A DNA stretch of 64,000 bases from Andalucia godoyi And28 (taxonomy: Eukaryota; Protista; Jakobida), in NCBI GenBank assembly GCA_009859145.1, contig VRVR01000005.1, forward strand, positions 358,502 through 422,501. The letters run 5' to 3'. A model generated the notes under the pieces. It was not told the DNA's origin. It ran no database searches and saw only the letters and a program-made list of their open reading frames with translations. Numbering within the stretch: the stretch's first letter is position 1; every line of letters begins with the position of its first letter. The translations under genes and the position numbers were made by a program. Shown in pieces: positions 42,252 to 53,400 of this stretch.

Positions 42252-43355
42252 TTCTTTTTTCTATTGCCTTTTGCTTTTTGTTTTTTGAATTTGTTTGTTC
42301 AACTTTGATTCCTGATGCACAAGCTTTGATATGCTTTTCCAAACAAACAAAAAATCAAAATCAAAATCAAAATGAAAAATAAAGGAGCGAAGTTGAGAAG
42401 AAGTGGTTTTGGGAGATAAAAATTCGCGATGCAGTTTTTGATCATATCGGGGAGTTCTCAAGCGGGTCGCGAAATGTATTTTTGGCCCCAGCTTTCCCGA
42501 TCACCTAATGCGTTACCATAGACGGCTATCCAAAATCTCCGCTATTTCCCTTCCTTTCTTTCCTTTCACACGTTGCCGATGCCAAGCACGCCCCAGACGA
42601 GAAACCTGCTGTCGAGGCTGTCATCGCAGGGAGATCTCGGTGCGCAATCTCCTTGGTTGCAGGATAAGATTCTGGAATGCTGCGTTTCTTCACGTCTTCG
42701 AAAAGAACAATCCATGAAATTCTGATCCCTTCTTCTGCTGCACATTACTTACGCCAGCGAAAAAACGCACACCGCGTGCCCGTTCTTTTCCGGCCAGAAC
42801 CGCTAAAGAGGCGTGCAATTGGAAGAGATGACCAAGTGAGGTTCGTGAAGAATCGACGGTTGCGGGAGTGTCATACCACGCTGGGTTGCTTTAACAAATT
42901 TTAAAAAATGGACGTTGCAAAAAATACAGGTTTACTTCTCGCCACGGAAACACTGCGCTGACGGCGTGTCGATGGCGACTGCCGCTCACGGTTTTGGGGG
43001 CTTTGTCTGGTTCTTTGGAATTTTCCAGTTGAAAACCATACTGATCCGTGATTGTTCGGCTTCATGCTAGGTCCATATTTTAGATTCACCGCATACCACT
43101 CTAATTTTTCCAAAAGCCCGGTTGTCTTTCAATCAAAAACACACGACGCTTGTGACATATCCAATCGCAGAATTCAGCCAGCAGGTAGAAAGTAAGTTGG
43201 GGTGCGGATGAAGCTGCATCTGTCGTAACTTCTCCGGACATTCATTTTTTCTGTCTACAGTGATTGTATTTTAGATTCAGGCTTCCGAGTTCTCTCATCC
43301 CGAGTTTCGTCGGGTTTCTTAGTCTCAAAATACAGACAACAGAAGACGACGAAAA

Positions 43356-43364
<9 letters not shown>

Positions 43365-43418
<54 letters not shown>
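43365..43418. repeat. (GA)n microsatellite
   Basis: About 27 GA units directly upstream of the ATG at 43435. Confidence 0.95.
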
Positions 43419-43422
<4 letters not shown>

Positions 43423-43434
43423 GGAAAACAAAGG

Positions 43435-44871
43435 ATGAGCGCACGAGGAAAGCCACGTCGACCGTTTCCGTCTGATCCCGACTATAATCTGTCTGACAAG
43501 ACGCTTTTGTATCTTGATGATTTGACGGAAGCGGACCGCAACGCAATTGCCGCATCTTACAAGACTCTTTCCATTTCAGCATCAACATCAACATCAACAT
43601 CAGCTTCGAGTTCTTCTGCGTTTGTTGCGACGCATAGTGCAGATCATGGGGAACGTGGAGCGTCGCCTTCTCAATCAAAATCACCTGTTATCTTCGCAGA
43701 AGCTGGGAACGGTCAGCTCCATAGTCCTGACAACCTTCGAAGGAATAGCATTAAAGACAGCAATGCTCCGTTTGCGTTTTCGGCGTATGTTCCGCCTTCT
43801 CCTTTGCACTCGACGTCAGCGGCGCCGCCCATCGCTGCGTCTTCGTACGCATATGCTGGTGCTGGTGCTGGTGCTGGTGCTGGTGCTGATGCTGATGATT
43901 ACGATGATTCTGATGGTGGAGGGGAAGTCATGTATCCTGCGCCGAGTCGAAAACCGCCTGCACGGCCGGCTCTCACAGCAGCAAACGATAGCTTTCCAGA
44001 AGAGGACGAGCTGCCTCCGTATCGAGACGAGTCAAGATCGTTTATTCCGGTTCATATGGCTTCGCATCCAAGCCAAGGTGCCTCGGAGTCTATTCCGGCG
44101 TTCGTGCCGTTGCCGTTGCCGTTGCCGTTGCGTGGTGCAACTGCGGAAAGTGGGTCGGGAAGTTGTTCTCGGAGTTCATCCGTGTCAAGTACCGGATCCA
44201 TGATTCATGTCGTGAGCACTGGAGATGACGGTCACGGCAATGCAGCGGGAAGATCTCTTGCAGTTGGCGAGCTTCCCCACCCGATATCGACGGGCAGCGC
44301 TGAGAACAAATGGATGTCCCCAGATGTTCACGAAGGTGAGCAGAAGATGCATTCTGATCAGCGGCAGGCTATCAGTGACGAATTCCGTCGGCCTACAGGA
44401 GAAGAGCTTCGTAGTGATGATCACGGCGGTCTTCACGAGGACGAGGACGAGCACGATTCTCAGATTCCGGTCAAAACAGCCAACTTGCTGGATGCTTCCA
44501 GTCTTTCGCAGCTGCAGGCGTCGACAGCGGAGCCCGATATGTGGAATGTGATTGCCAACATCTTGTCGGATATTGAAGAAAAGGCGTCGATGCGGGGTTC
44601 CTTTGGGCCGCTTGAGAAGTCGTACACAGTGCTTACGCAGCAGTTTGAAGAGCATTTGCAGCTTGAGCACCGCAAGTCTGAGTTGGAAAGAGCGCATTTT
44701 GGGATCTTGCTGGAGCGGCGAACATACCTTTCCAAGTTGCGCGAGGTCGAAAAGTGGTGCACAGACAAGCTGTATGCGTCCGAGGAGCAGAGCTCCCCGT
44801 TCATTGACGCTGTTCGTGACATTCTCTACCAAGAAAACGATCAGTTTGAGCTTCGAGACTTTGCAGAATGA
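43435..44871 (+). CDS. Hypothetical protein with C-terminal EB1-like (EBH) coiled-coil/helix bundle and no CH domain
   Basis: C-terminus ERRTYLSKLREVEKWC...FIDAVRDILYQEND parallels the EB1 C-terminus in this window (ERDFYFGKLRDIEILC...LLDDVRKVLYATEE). The remainder is low-complexity and probably disordered. Confidence 0.7.
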   Translation: MSARGKPRRPFPSDPDYNLSDKTLLYLDDLTEADRNAIAASYKTLSISASTSTSTSASSSSAFVATHSADHGERGASPSQSKSPVIFAEAGNGQLHSPDNLRRNSIKDSNAPFAFSAYVPPSPLHSTSAAPPIAASSYAYAGAGAGAGAGADADDYDDSDGGGEVMYPAPSRKPPARPALTAANDSFPEEDELPPYRDESRSFIPVHMASHPSQGASESIPAFVPLPLPLPLRGATAESGSGSCSRSSSVSSTGSMIHVVSTGDDGHGNAAGRSLAVGELPHPISTGSAENKWMSPDVHEGEQKMHSDQRQAISDEFRRPTGEELRSDDHGGLHEDEDEHDSQIPVKTANLLDASSLSQLQASTAEPDMWNVIANILSDIEEKASMRGSFGPLEKSYTVLTQQFEEHLQLEHRKSELERAHFGILLERRTYLSKLREVEKWCTDKLYASEEQSSPFIDAVRDILYQENDQFELRDFAE

Positions 44872-44965
44872 TCATTCACCATGTCTTGTCCGTAATGATG
44901 CTGCGCTGTCTTTTTTATTCGTTTGCAATTTACTTGCAGGATTCGCGATTTTTTTCCTCGTTGGC

Positions 44966-45924
44966 TTACACGACGGACTGCGGAAGACCAAGCCTTGATT
45001 CAAGGGCCCGAAGCTTGGCTTCGAGTGCGTCCATTTGCTGTGCTGTCAGCGTACCCAATTCACCTCGAAGCGCCTGAATATGTGAATTCATCTCTGCCAC
45101 CGTGACCGTTTTGCTGTGTTCTTCTGCGATTCTAGCATCTTCTTCAGCTCTTCGGCGCGCTTCCTCTGCCGACTTTTCCGCAGCTTCCTTGTCCGCAGCT
45201 TCCTGCTCTGCGATTCGCTGTGCTGCTTCTTGTGCCTGAACTGCTGCAATATGTTGCTCTTCCGGGATGAAGTCGTTGAGTGGTAGAAACACGGGGACTG
45301 ATTCCGACGTGCTTCGCTCGACCACGGAAAAGTCGACTTCTTCATTCTTGCCAAAGACGAAAAAGAACATTTTGTAAAACCGGAATATCTTATTCAGCAA
45401 AAACTCCTGGATAGAGACTGTGTGGTCAAGAGGAAAAACATTCGTGGAAAAGGGCGGTCGAAAGACGGAGTGTCGCACAAGCACAGCTTTTGCGTACTCG
45501 TATGCATCTTCCATTGTCATGTTGGATTCTGTGGTCGTGAGCAGGATGTTCTTGACGATAGACACCAGCGTCGATGTTTGCGACGCGTCCATCCGCATCG
45601 ATCGAGAAAAAGGAATCGACAATGCAACAGTCGAATACAACACATCCAGCTGAGCTTCTGAATACTTGCTTCGATCCACAGTCAGCTTTTGGGAAATGAA
45701 TCTGAGAACCCGGCGGATAACAAACAACAAACAACAAACAATAACAAAACACGAAAATTAGCGGCTGTCTTGGTAAAATCGTGAAACAGAAAAGGACGGG
45801 GAAACAAGTGACCAGCACCAAAGACGTACTGAACAACATCGGAATGCTGTGTGAGTGACGACAGATCCGCAACATCCTCGCCTGATAAATCAGCCCATAC
45901 TAGAATCCTTGCAGACGAAACCAT
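44966..45924 (-). CDS. CFAP119: CFAP119 (CCDC189/C16orf93, central-pair C1a family); exons 45924-45830 and 45701-44966
   Basis: Family motif RHSVFRPPFS...F...YK and a C-terminal coiled coil. A 128-nt GTACGT...CAG intron joins the exons in frame (276 aa). Confidence 0.75.
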
Positions 45925-46623
45925 TTTAACCAAGAAAAAATACGCAAATGACAGTTGGCGTGATAAATATGCAATGTGCAAGACGCAATACATTGTGCAT
46001 CCGTTGTGGGAATGCTGGAAGGGGAAATTCGGTCGTTGGCAAACGAGGACAGCGTTGTGATTGGCGCTCGTTAGCATTTGTTTTTTACAGCAGAAAAGCA
46101 CAGGCACGAACATCGCGACGCGGGTTTGCGACTTGCAACTTGCGACTTGCATGGGGCCAGGATTTTATGAAGGGGGTGGAACACCGATCGTCAAGGGGAC
46201 AGCGACTTTCGCACAACAAGTCTCGGGTGATGCAGTGTTGAACGGCCACACGGTGAACTTTCTCTTGGCAACGACCACCATGTCAGTCCAGTGAATGTGC
46301 GTTGAATCTATCGTGTCGCAAATGATGTAAAACGTGAGTATTGCTTTTTTTCTTTCTCGATGCACTATCAACTTCTTTCGGGTTTCTGGTTCCTCTGTTA
46401 TTTTCAGTCGCCAAAACTTAGGACATGACGCGATGGCGGAGAGGGAGAGCCAACCTCTCTTGGGTGATGGGTGTTTAATTAACTCCTTCCATTCCTTGTA
46501 ATATTGCAGCGTCGTACGGAGCAGTGTATTAGCAAGCGACCGTCTGCTGTTCACTCAGAGAAGGTTCAAAAATCCAACCAAGCCAGGAGCAGGGCAAAGG
46601 AATACAGAGTACGCAAGAATAGA

Positions 46624-48216
46624 TCAAGTATTTACAGTTTCTGCGTGCATGTCTACATCCGGGGGTCCCGCGAATGCGCGTCTGCAAAAATCCACAAATG
46701 AGTCAATCAGGGACGGGTACGCGTCTTCGACGGAGTAGGTATGCAAATCCGAGGACTGGGTCAATGAGAACTGCAGGAACATTCTCCACTGATCGAAGTT
46801 CAGCGCCGAGATGCTTGGGAGCAAGGCCACGAGGTCGGGTCTGTTCGACATCCACTGGACATGCTGTGGGATGTCATGCCGCAGAGGACGTGTTGTCAGG
46901 GCCTGGTTGGTCTGTCGGCCGTTCAAAAAGAACAAAAAGTACGGGGTGAAGGGACAGGTAGGCAGCATTTGCTCGATCATGCTCAAGGCATGGCGAACAG
47001 GAAGATAGCATCGCATCGAGCCGCCGCCTTCACAGTGCATGAAGAACGATTCGATGAACACGTTGGAGAAAAACTCCGGATCCGACTGGAGCCTTGCATT
47101 GACCCGTTCCCCAAGGGCCGAGTAGTCCCATCGAATCATTTCAAATGCTCTCACAAATCGATGAAAGGGGACATTCCAGTACGACTCTCGCGTTGGGTGA
47201 CTGTGAGATTGCGGCTTTTCCGGTTTCATGCAATACAGCACTCCTCGCATCACCATCTTTTCACAGGGAGGGAAAAAGAAGGGAGGGCCAAAAATGGAAA
47301 AAAAAACAATAACAAATATGCATAAGCAATCACGTTAGGACAACGCAGCTCGAGAAGAGGAGTGGCCTGAGTTGACAATGACATACAGAGTATATGGGAA
47401 TCTGGAAATCGAGCTCGAACAATCTCCAGCCGGCTTCTGTGATATACAGTTGAGAAGCATCGCAGTACTTGCAAAACACAAGCTTGCACTTCTGCTCGTC
47501 TAGAGACAATGGCAGAGAATCCTGAGAAGACACAACAGCGACATACGTGATTAGTGGACATCGGGCAGGGAGAGGGCATCAAACGGAAAAGTAAATGAAC
47601 ATACACGCAGCATTTCCAAATGCCTGCAAACCACGAATGAATCGATCATTAGTAATCCACACAATGACAGAAAGAGAGAAAAGCTATGAAGGCTGTGAGG
47701 ACCGCAACATGAAAAAAAGCGGAATAGGAACACATACTCTAATGTTGATGGCCGAGGCCGCTTTGCACTGGGTTCCATGAATGTATCTTGTGACTCACCG
47801 CTTTCACTACCATCTCCCATCCCATTACTATGGTTGTGCTGGTTTCCATTAGCAGTTGGCAATGACGTCGACGCAGATGACGACGCAGACGATAGGAGAG
47901 TCATGAACGCCGAAGTGGTCACGGATGCAGATGACGGAAATTGGGTCTCCGGTCGCAGTTGCAGTTGCGAAAAGGCCGCAGGATTAGCATTTCGATGCGG
48001 AGAACTCACATCGTCTTCCTCGTCCGTGCCAGAGTCGCTTCTGCTGTCTGTTTGTTGTGGGTGCTGTCGAAAAGCTGTCAGCGGCGTCGGAGCCAAGTCT
48101 CGCGATAATCCAGGTCTTTTGCGAGATTGAAGAAACATTCCATTCATCAATGCTGCTGATGATCCTGACGCTGACGTTGATGATGCTGCTGATGCTGATG
48201 GTGGTGGTGGAAGCAT
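46624..48216 (-). CDS. DCN1-like cullin neddylation co-E3 (DCUN1D family); exons 48216-47738, 47623-47605, 47521-47387, 47256-46624
   Basis: Three GTATGT...AG introns join in frame (421 aa). EF-hand-like VFCKYCD...ITEAGWRLFELDF and PONY-domain end DQWRMFLQFS...YSVEDAYPSLIDSFVDF (family pattern W..LL.F....YD...AWP.LID.FVE). Confidence 0.7.
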
Positions 48217-48721
48217 ATTGATGCAGAATGATGAATAGGAAATGCAGATTACTTAATCGTCAAAAAAATTCATTTTAGACATAAAATCCAAAAACCTCTA
48301 AAATGTAAAAATGAAAGATCGAAATTTAACAAAACAAAACTAAGCAAAACTAAGTAACGCAGAAAAATCATCAGTCTGATTCAGCATCGATCTGCTTCCA
48401 ATCGACAGCACGTCGGAAAAATGGAATAAAAAAGCCCCGACTTGAATCCCCGCTAAGGGAAAGGACGAGACTCGACTGAAATGTCATCCACTGACATTTT
48501 TCGTTTTTTTCCGACTCATGGATTCACAAGTGTCAGTGTCCCACACCTAAACGCCCGTTGATGAAAACGCGTAACAGAAAGAGGATTTCGTTATGATAGC
48601 ATAATAAATAAATAAAGAAATTTTAAATAAAAGAAGAAGAAGAAGAATAAATACATAGAATGATATGAATTGTTTTTGTTTTGATTGTTGTTGTTGAGAG
48701 GGTTCTTGTATTGCGAGCGGA

Positions 48722-50422
48722 ATGTCTGATGGCTGGGATGATCCTCGAGTTTCAATCTCGGTGATTCCAGTTTGCCTGACTCTGTGCATCTGGGTTTGTG
48801 TCACGGTAGAGTATGCGTATTTTTGGTATCGTCGGTCAAAGGGTCTATCCAGAAATCGACCTGATCGAGCCGTGACGTATGAGAACAAGCTGTTTGCAAA
48901 TGGCTCGTCCAATACGCCGACTTCTGCACGGTTTTCAACCCCGCTGTTCAGCCATAATGGCGCCGCTTCGCCGTCGGCATCGGCATCGGCATCGACATCG
49001 GCATCGACATCGACTATGAACGAGACAGATGCACTGGAATCGCGGTTTGTGGATCTGCCGTTGCTGACCAGCTTCTCATTGGCGCTTGTTGGGTTTTGGG
49101 ATGTGAATGACTTTTTCGGAATCCGAAGAGAAAAGAAAAGATGGAGACCGTTGCGGTTGTTCCGATTGCTGTTTTATCGATCAACCCCGATGCTGTGCAT
49201 GATTTCTGTTTTCTTGCCAAACACGGTTGATTCATCGATATCATTTGGAGTCGTTGGGTTTCTAGGAGTGTTGACTACGCTGTTGGTCATCATTGGGTTC
49301 AGCTTGTGCACAACATTTGCGTTTTACAAGTACGACTCCTTTGCGGACATGTTTATTGCCCCGTTACCGACTCTCGATGCTTCCTTCTTTTCAACTATCG
49401 GGAGAAAGTGGATAGTGTCCTTCTGGATCAATCTCGTACTGGCACTCGCAGGAACAGTGGCTGTCAGTGGACTGGCATCAATTGGCGTTCGCGGTTTCAA
49501 CTTCTACTCTTTCTGCAACACCTATGCAATCTTTGTATTGGTCTATTTTATTTTCCAGAGCATTTTGTTGTTCGGGGCTGCTGGAATGTATACGGCATCC
49601 TATGCAACGATATTGCGAAGGAATGTTCTTGAAGCTGTGTTTTCACGGCACAGGAAGGTCATACAGGGGATGCGCCGTTCCGATGCCACCGATGTTGCGG
49701 TAGACGTCAACTCAACTACCCAGTTTGCTCTTCAGCAGCGCATCGACGTCGAGTCTGTTATTTATCTGATCTTCCAGTTCGAAGCGGGCTTGTGTGCAAC
49801 TTTAGATTCCTTGCAGGTACTCATTTTACCATTTGGGGTCATGTTTGCTGCGACGTTTCTCATGTTCATTTCAAGATTGCAATTTATCAACATGTTTCCG
49901 TTGGATGCCTTCTTGTACACCTTATTTGTCATTTCCTGCTTTTGCATCTTCATCTATTACGCGTCGTTCTGTGCGGTGTCTACGAAACAGCTTCGGATTT
50001 TGACCGATACAACATCGTCGCTGTTGTTTGCAGATGCGCTTCCGGCCACAATTGAGGAGAAAGTCGAAGTTTTGGGCCATCTGTCCCACACGTTTTTCCA
50101 GCTGCAAAACCGCACCAAATTCGAAGCAAAAGTTGCTCGAAAACAGCCGTTTTCTGCATTCGCCGACATGTTTGAAGCAGATCAGACGTACGTGACCCGA
50201 CGCCAGGTCAAATGCAGCTGTGATGCGTTTCCGCTTTTGACACAGCAAGAACGTGCGCTGCTCGGTGAGATTCTGGAGTATCTGAACGACCAGAATCCGC
50301 AATTCACGGTCTTGGGGCTACAAGTCACTCATGGATTGCTGCTCCGTTTATCATACACGTTCTTTGGCGCAGTCTTCTTCTTGCTGAGGACTGTAGCGAA
50401 GCTCAACGTCCTGCCGGGATGA
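48722..50422 (+). CDS. Multi-pass membrane protein, gustatory-receptor-like / DUF3537-like 7TM ion-channel fold
   Basis: About seven hydrophobic helices plus one extra N-terminal helix, a long loop after TM4, closely spaced TM5-TM6, and a terminal YLNDQNPQFTVLGLQVTHGLLL...FFLL split TM7. Confidence 0.55.
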   Translation: MSDGWDDPRVSISVIPVCLTLCIWVCVTVEYAYFWYRRSKGLSRNRPDRAVTYENKLFANGSSNTPTSARFSTPLFSHNGAASPSASASASTSASTSTMNETDALESRFVDLPLLTSFSLALVGFWDVNDFFGIRREKKRWRPLRLFRLLFYRSTPMLCMISVFLPNTVDSSISFGVVGFLGVLTTLLVIIGFSLCTTFAFYKYDSFADMFIAPLPTLDASFFSTIGRKWIVSFWINLVLALAGTVAVSGLASIGVRGFNFYSFCNTYAIFVLVYFIFQSILLFGAAGMYTASYATILRRNVLEAVFSRHRKVIQGMRRSDATDVAVDVNSTTQFALQQRIDVESVIYLIFQFEAGLCATLDSLQVLILPFGVMFAATFLMFISRLQFINMFPLDAFLYTLFVISCFCIFIYYASFCAVSTKQLRILTDTTSSLLFADALPATIEEKVEVLGHLSHTFFQLQNRTKFEAKVARKQPFSAFADMFEADQTYVTRRQVKCSCDAFPLLTQQERALLGEILEYLNDQNPQFTVLGLQVTHGLLLRLSYTFFGAVFFLLRTVAKLNVLPG

Positions 50423-50444
50423 ACAAAAAAAAAAAAATGTGGCC

Positions 50445-53400
50445 TTACCGACGCGGTGTCAGCGTTGCAAGGTACACCCAGATGGCAGCAACCTTGTTTG
50501 GAAAAGTCGCCGCGTACACACCAATCGCAAACTCGACATCCTTGCTGCCCGAGGAATGAACGTCCGTGTTGAAAACTGCTTCAATCACGGAATCCTTGTC
50601 CGTCCATGGGATGCATATGGGAAATCCTTGCATGTAGTAGCCAGCAAACAAGGACGACAGTGCACTATAGTGCTCCTGAATCGAGAATGGGATGCCTTGC
50701 CGATCTTTTTCGAATGCTTCCAGCAGCGTTGAGAGCTTCTTACACGCATGTCGATGCCATTTGGTCGAGCCGCGCCCAGACCGCCACTTTTCCAAGCATC
50801 TCATGAGCGTGCTGGACAGATCAGTTTCCAATTCTTCTCGGAACATTGCCGGGGTAGGCTCATATTTCATAATTGCTTGCTGGACGGATTCGACGACTTC
50901 TGGTCGCGGGAAATGGTCTGTGAATAACGGAGCCCAGTGCTTGGCATTCTCAAAGTCATACTCCATGGATCCCGGAAAGTCAGCGCTCTGGACATTTGCA
51001 TAGACGTTTTCGGCGTCAAAAACGGTTCCGACAGATCGCAACGGAATAAAAGGATCATCCGATGCAAAAGACTGCCCTGTTGCTGCATTCCAAAACGTCA
51101 GTTCTGGATCCCCATTGACATTTTGCTCGACCGTCAGAACGTAGCACGTATCTCCTTCAGGAATACCACGACCCACAACAACATACGCCTTCTTCTTCAT
51201 GAACAAAAAGTAATTGCACAACAAGACAGCGTGCTCTTCCCAGTCGCCAGCACGCAACTTCAAAAACTGCTGTGACGTCAGCCATACATCCGCTCGATTT
51301 TCGAACGACATTGCGTCTTCCAGGAAGGGAATGCACGAGACAAATCGAACAATTTTGATCAAAGAATCGCGAACGTCCTTTGGAGGCTCCTGAGGCCGGA
51401 CGTACCGGCACACCAGTACAGAACGACCTTTAAGATCATTCGCAAAGCAGCATATCTCCCTGCGGCCACGGAACTTTTCAGTCAGCGAATTGGTCCACCG
51501 CATCGCGTAGCCATACAATCGAGCATCTTCAACCGTTGGCGGTTCCTCGTCTTCGTCTTCAAAGAGCTCCAGCGTCGGCTCGAGAGTAACGTAGATTGAT
51601 AGCTTTGGATCCTCTTCGAGGTCAGCCTCCGCCTCGTATCCAAGATTGACGGGCGGGACATCCAGTCGGAAAGTTCCTTCCACTTTGCGATTTGCGTACA
51701 CAGTGGAAAAGGGGATTTTGAGGTTTCCAAGGTATCTCCTTTCCCGTCGTTCATAAAACAAGTTTGTATCTCTCTCATCCATTACCAGCTCACTCGTAAC
51801 TTCGTCATACACATTGATGAAAATCTCCTCTCGGACCAACCGCAAGACATCAGGGGAGTAGTCGTCATTTGGAGGATTGAAGGGCAGTTGCACGGTTTCG
51901 TTAAACAACGGGCGAGAACCTTGCGACGATGATGTTCGAGCCCTTTTTCCCTGAAAAGTGACCTCCACAAAAGGGTGAAGCAGAGAAATGTCCTCTGGCT
52001 CCTCTGGCTCTTCCGTTTCCGGCTCGTCGACCGTCGCCTTGACACGATTGTCTACATCCGAGGGAACATTTCTCATGAATCGCGTTCCAGCTCGTTGTCT
52101 GGCACGAGCAGGCGTTGCATGAGATGCCTGTGCTACGGCCGAAGCAGCACCCATGTTAACTCCTTCAAAACCACTGTCCACCTGGAACCGCCGTTTCGGA
52201 AATGCGGCTCCTCGTCCTATCTGGACGAGCAGGGTGCAGCAGCTTGGCCGGATCGTCGCAACTTCACGACGTCTACGGCTTGGCCTCAATCGTCGACGAG
52301 TGGCAAACACACGCGAGAAAAACGAAGTAACGCTGCGCCACGTGGGAAACTGCAGCTCCTGAATAAGTTCTTGAACACGAGCGAAAGAAGACGCTTCACT
52401 CTTTTGCGCAATGGCATTCCCGCGAACATTCCTGACAAACTCCGAATCCACAATCTCCCTTTCCCGATCGTTGTCCGCTTTCTGCTGCTTCGTCGCTAGG
52501 ATTTCAAACGGATCTTCCGCACCGGGTGGCAACAGTGACATTGGCGGTGCAACAGAGAACTCCGGCTCTGCGGGTTCCGAGCTTCGCCCGGCATGGGAAA
52601 CCTTGAGTTTCCCCGCCTTCAAAGCCCACGCATACCGTGGGTCGTTCGGATCAACATCGACCAGATCACGAGCGAGCGGCATTAGTTCGTTTCCTCGAGC
52701 GGAAGGAGCGCGGGTTTCGTCCTCCCAAAATGACTTCACCTTCACCGTACCTTGCGAAAACGAGATTGTGCCATCAAACGGAACACCGATAAACACGGGA
52801 GGCGAGTCAAAGTTTGTGCCATCCACTTTGACTGCTATGGACTGCGGAAACGACTGCACCTTCACAGTAAAGATCTCCGCAACCTCGAGAAATCCGCGAT
52901 CGTTGATGCGGAGTTCGCGACTGCGTCCAGCAGCTCGGTTATTTACAATGAGGGAGACGAAAAACTTCGAACGACTCAATTCATTTCTGCGATTTCTCTC
53001 TTCCGCAGTGCACTCCTCAATGGGGCTGACGGGGACAGAGTACATAATGGGAAAGATATGGTCGTCGGTCGGATTTCGAACTCGAAGCCTGAACTTTTCG
53101 GATGCGAATTGCTGTCGAAGTGTTTTTCGATCTGGTTTGGACACGGCATCGTCGTCGCCCGAACCTTGAGATGCGGCAGCGGCCTTTCTAAAGAAGGCTT
53201 CGTCGATCGCTTCTTCCACTTGATGCTCCAGATCGAGCTTTTCGGACTGGATCTCATCATCGGATACTGGAATTCTCTTAAACTTGCAACGTACAGTAGA
53301 GCCAATGAACCCATCCACCTTTTGCGCGCCCTTTAATTCTTTCCACAGCATCAGGATTTTCCGAACCAACGACGAATCTTTTCCAATCTCAATATCTCGT

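Noticed and set aside
48479-48499. 8-bp inverted repeat AAATGTCA-TCCAC-TGACATTT in the divergent DCN1-like/7TM promoter
   Set aside because: It could be a dimeric transcription-factor site, but a single short palindrome in an AT-rich spacer is not distinguishable from chance.
50423-50437. A13 tract after the 7TM stop as a retrogene poly(A) scar
   Set aside because: Most genes here are intronless and A/T homopolymers are common in all spacers; no target-site duplication was seen.
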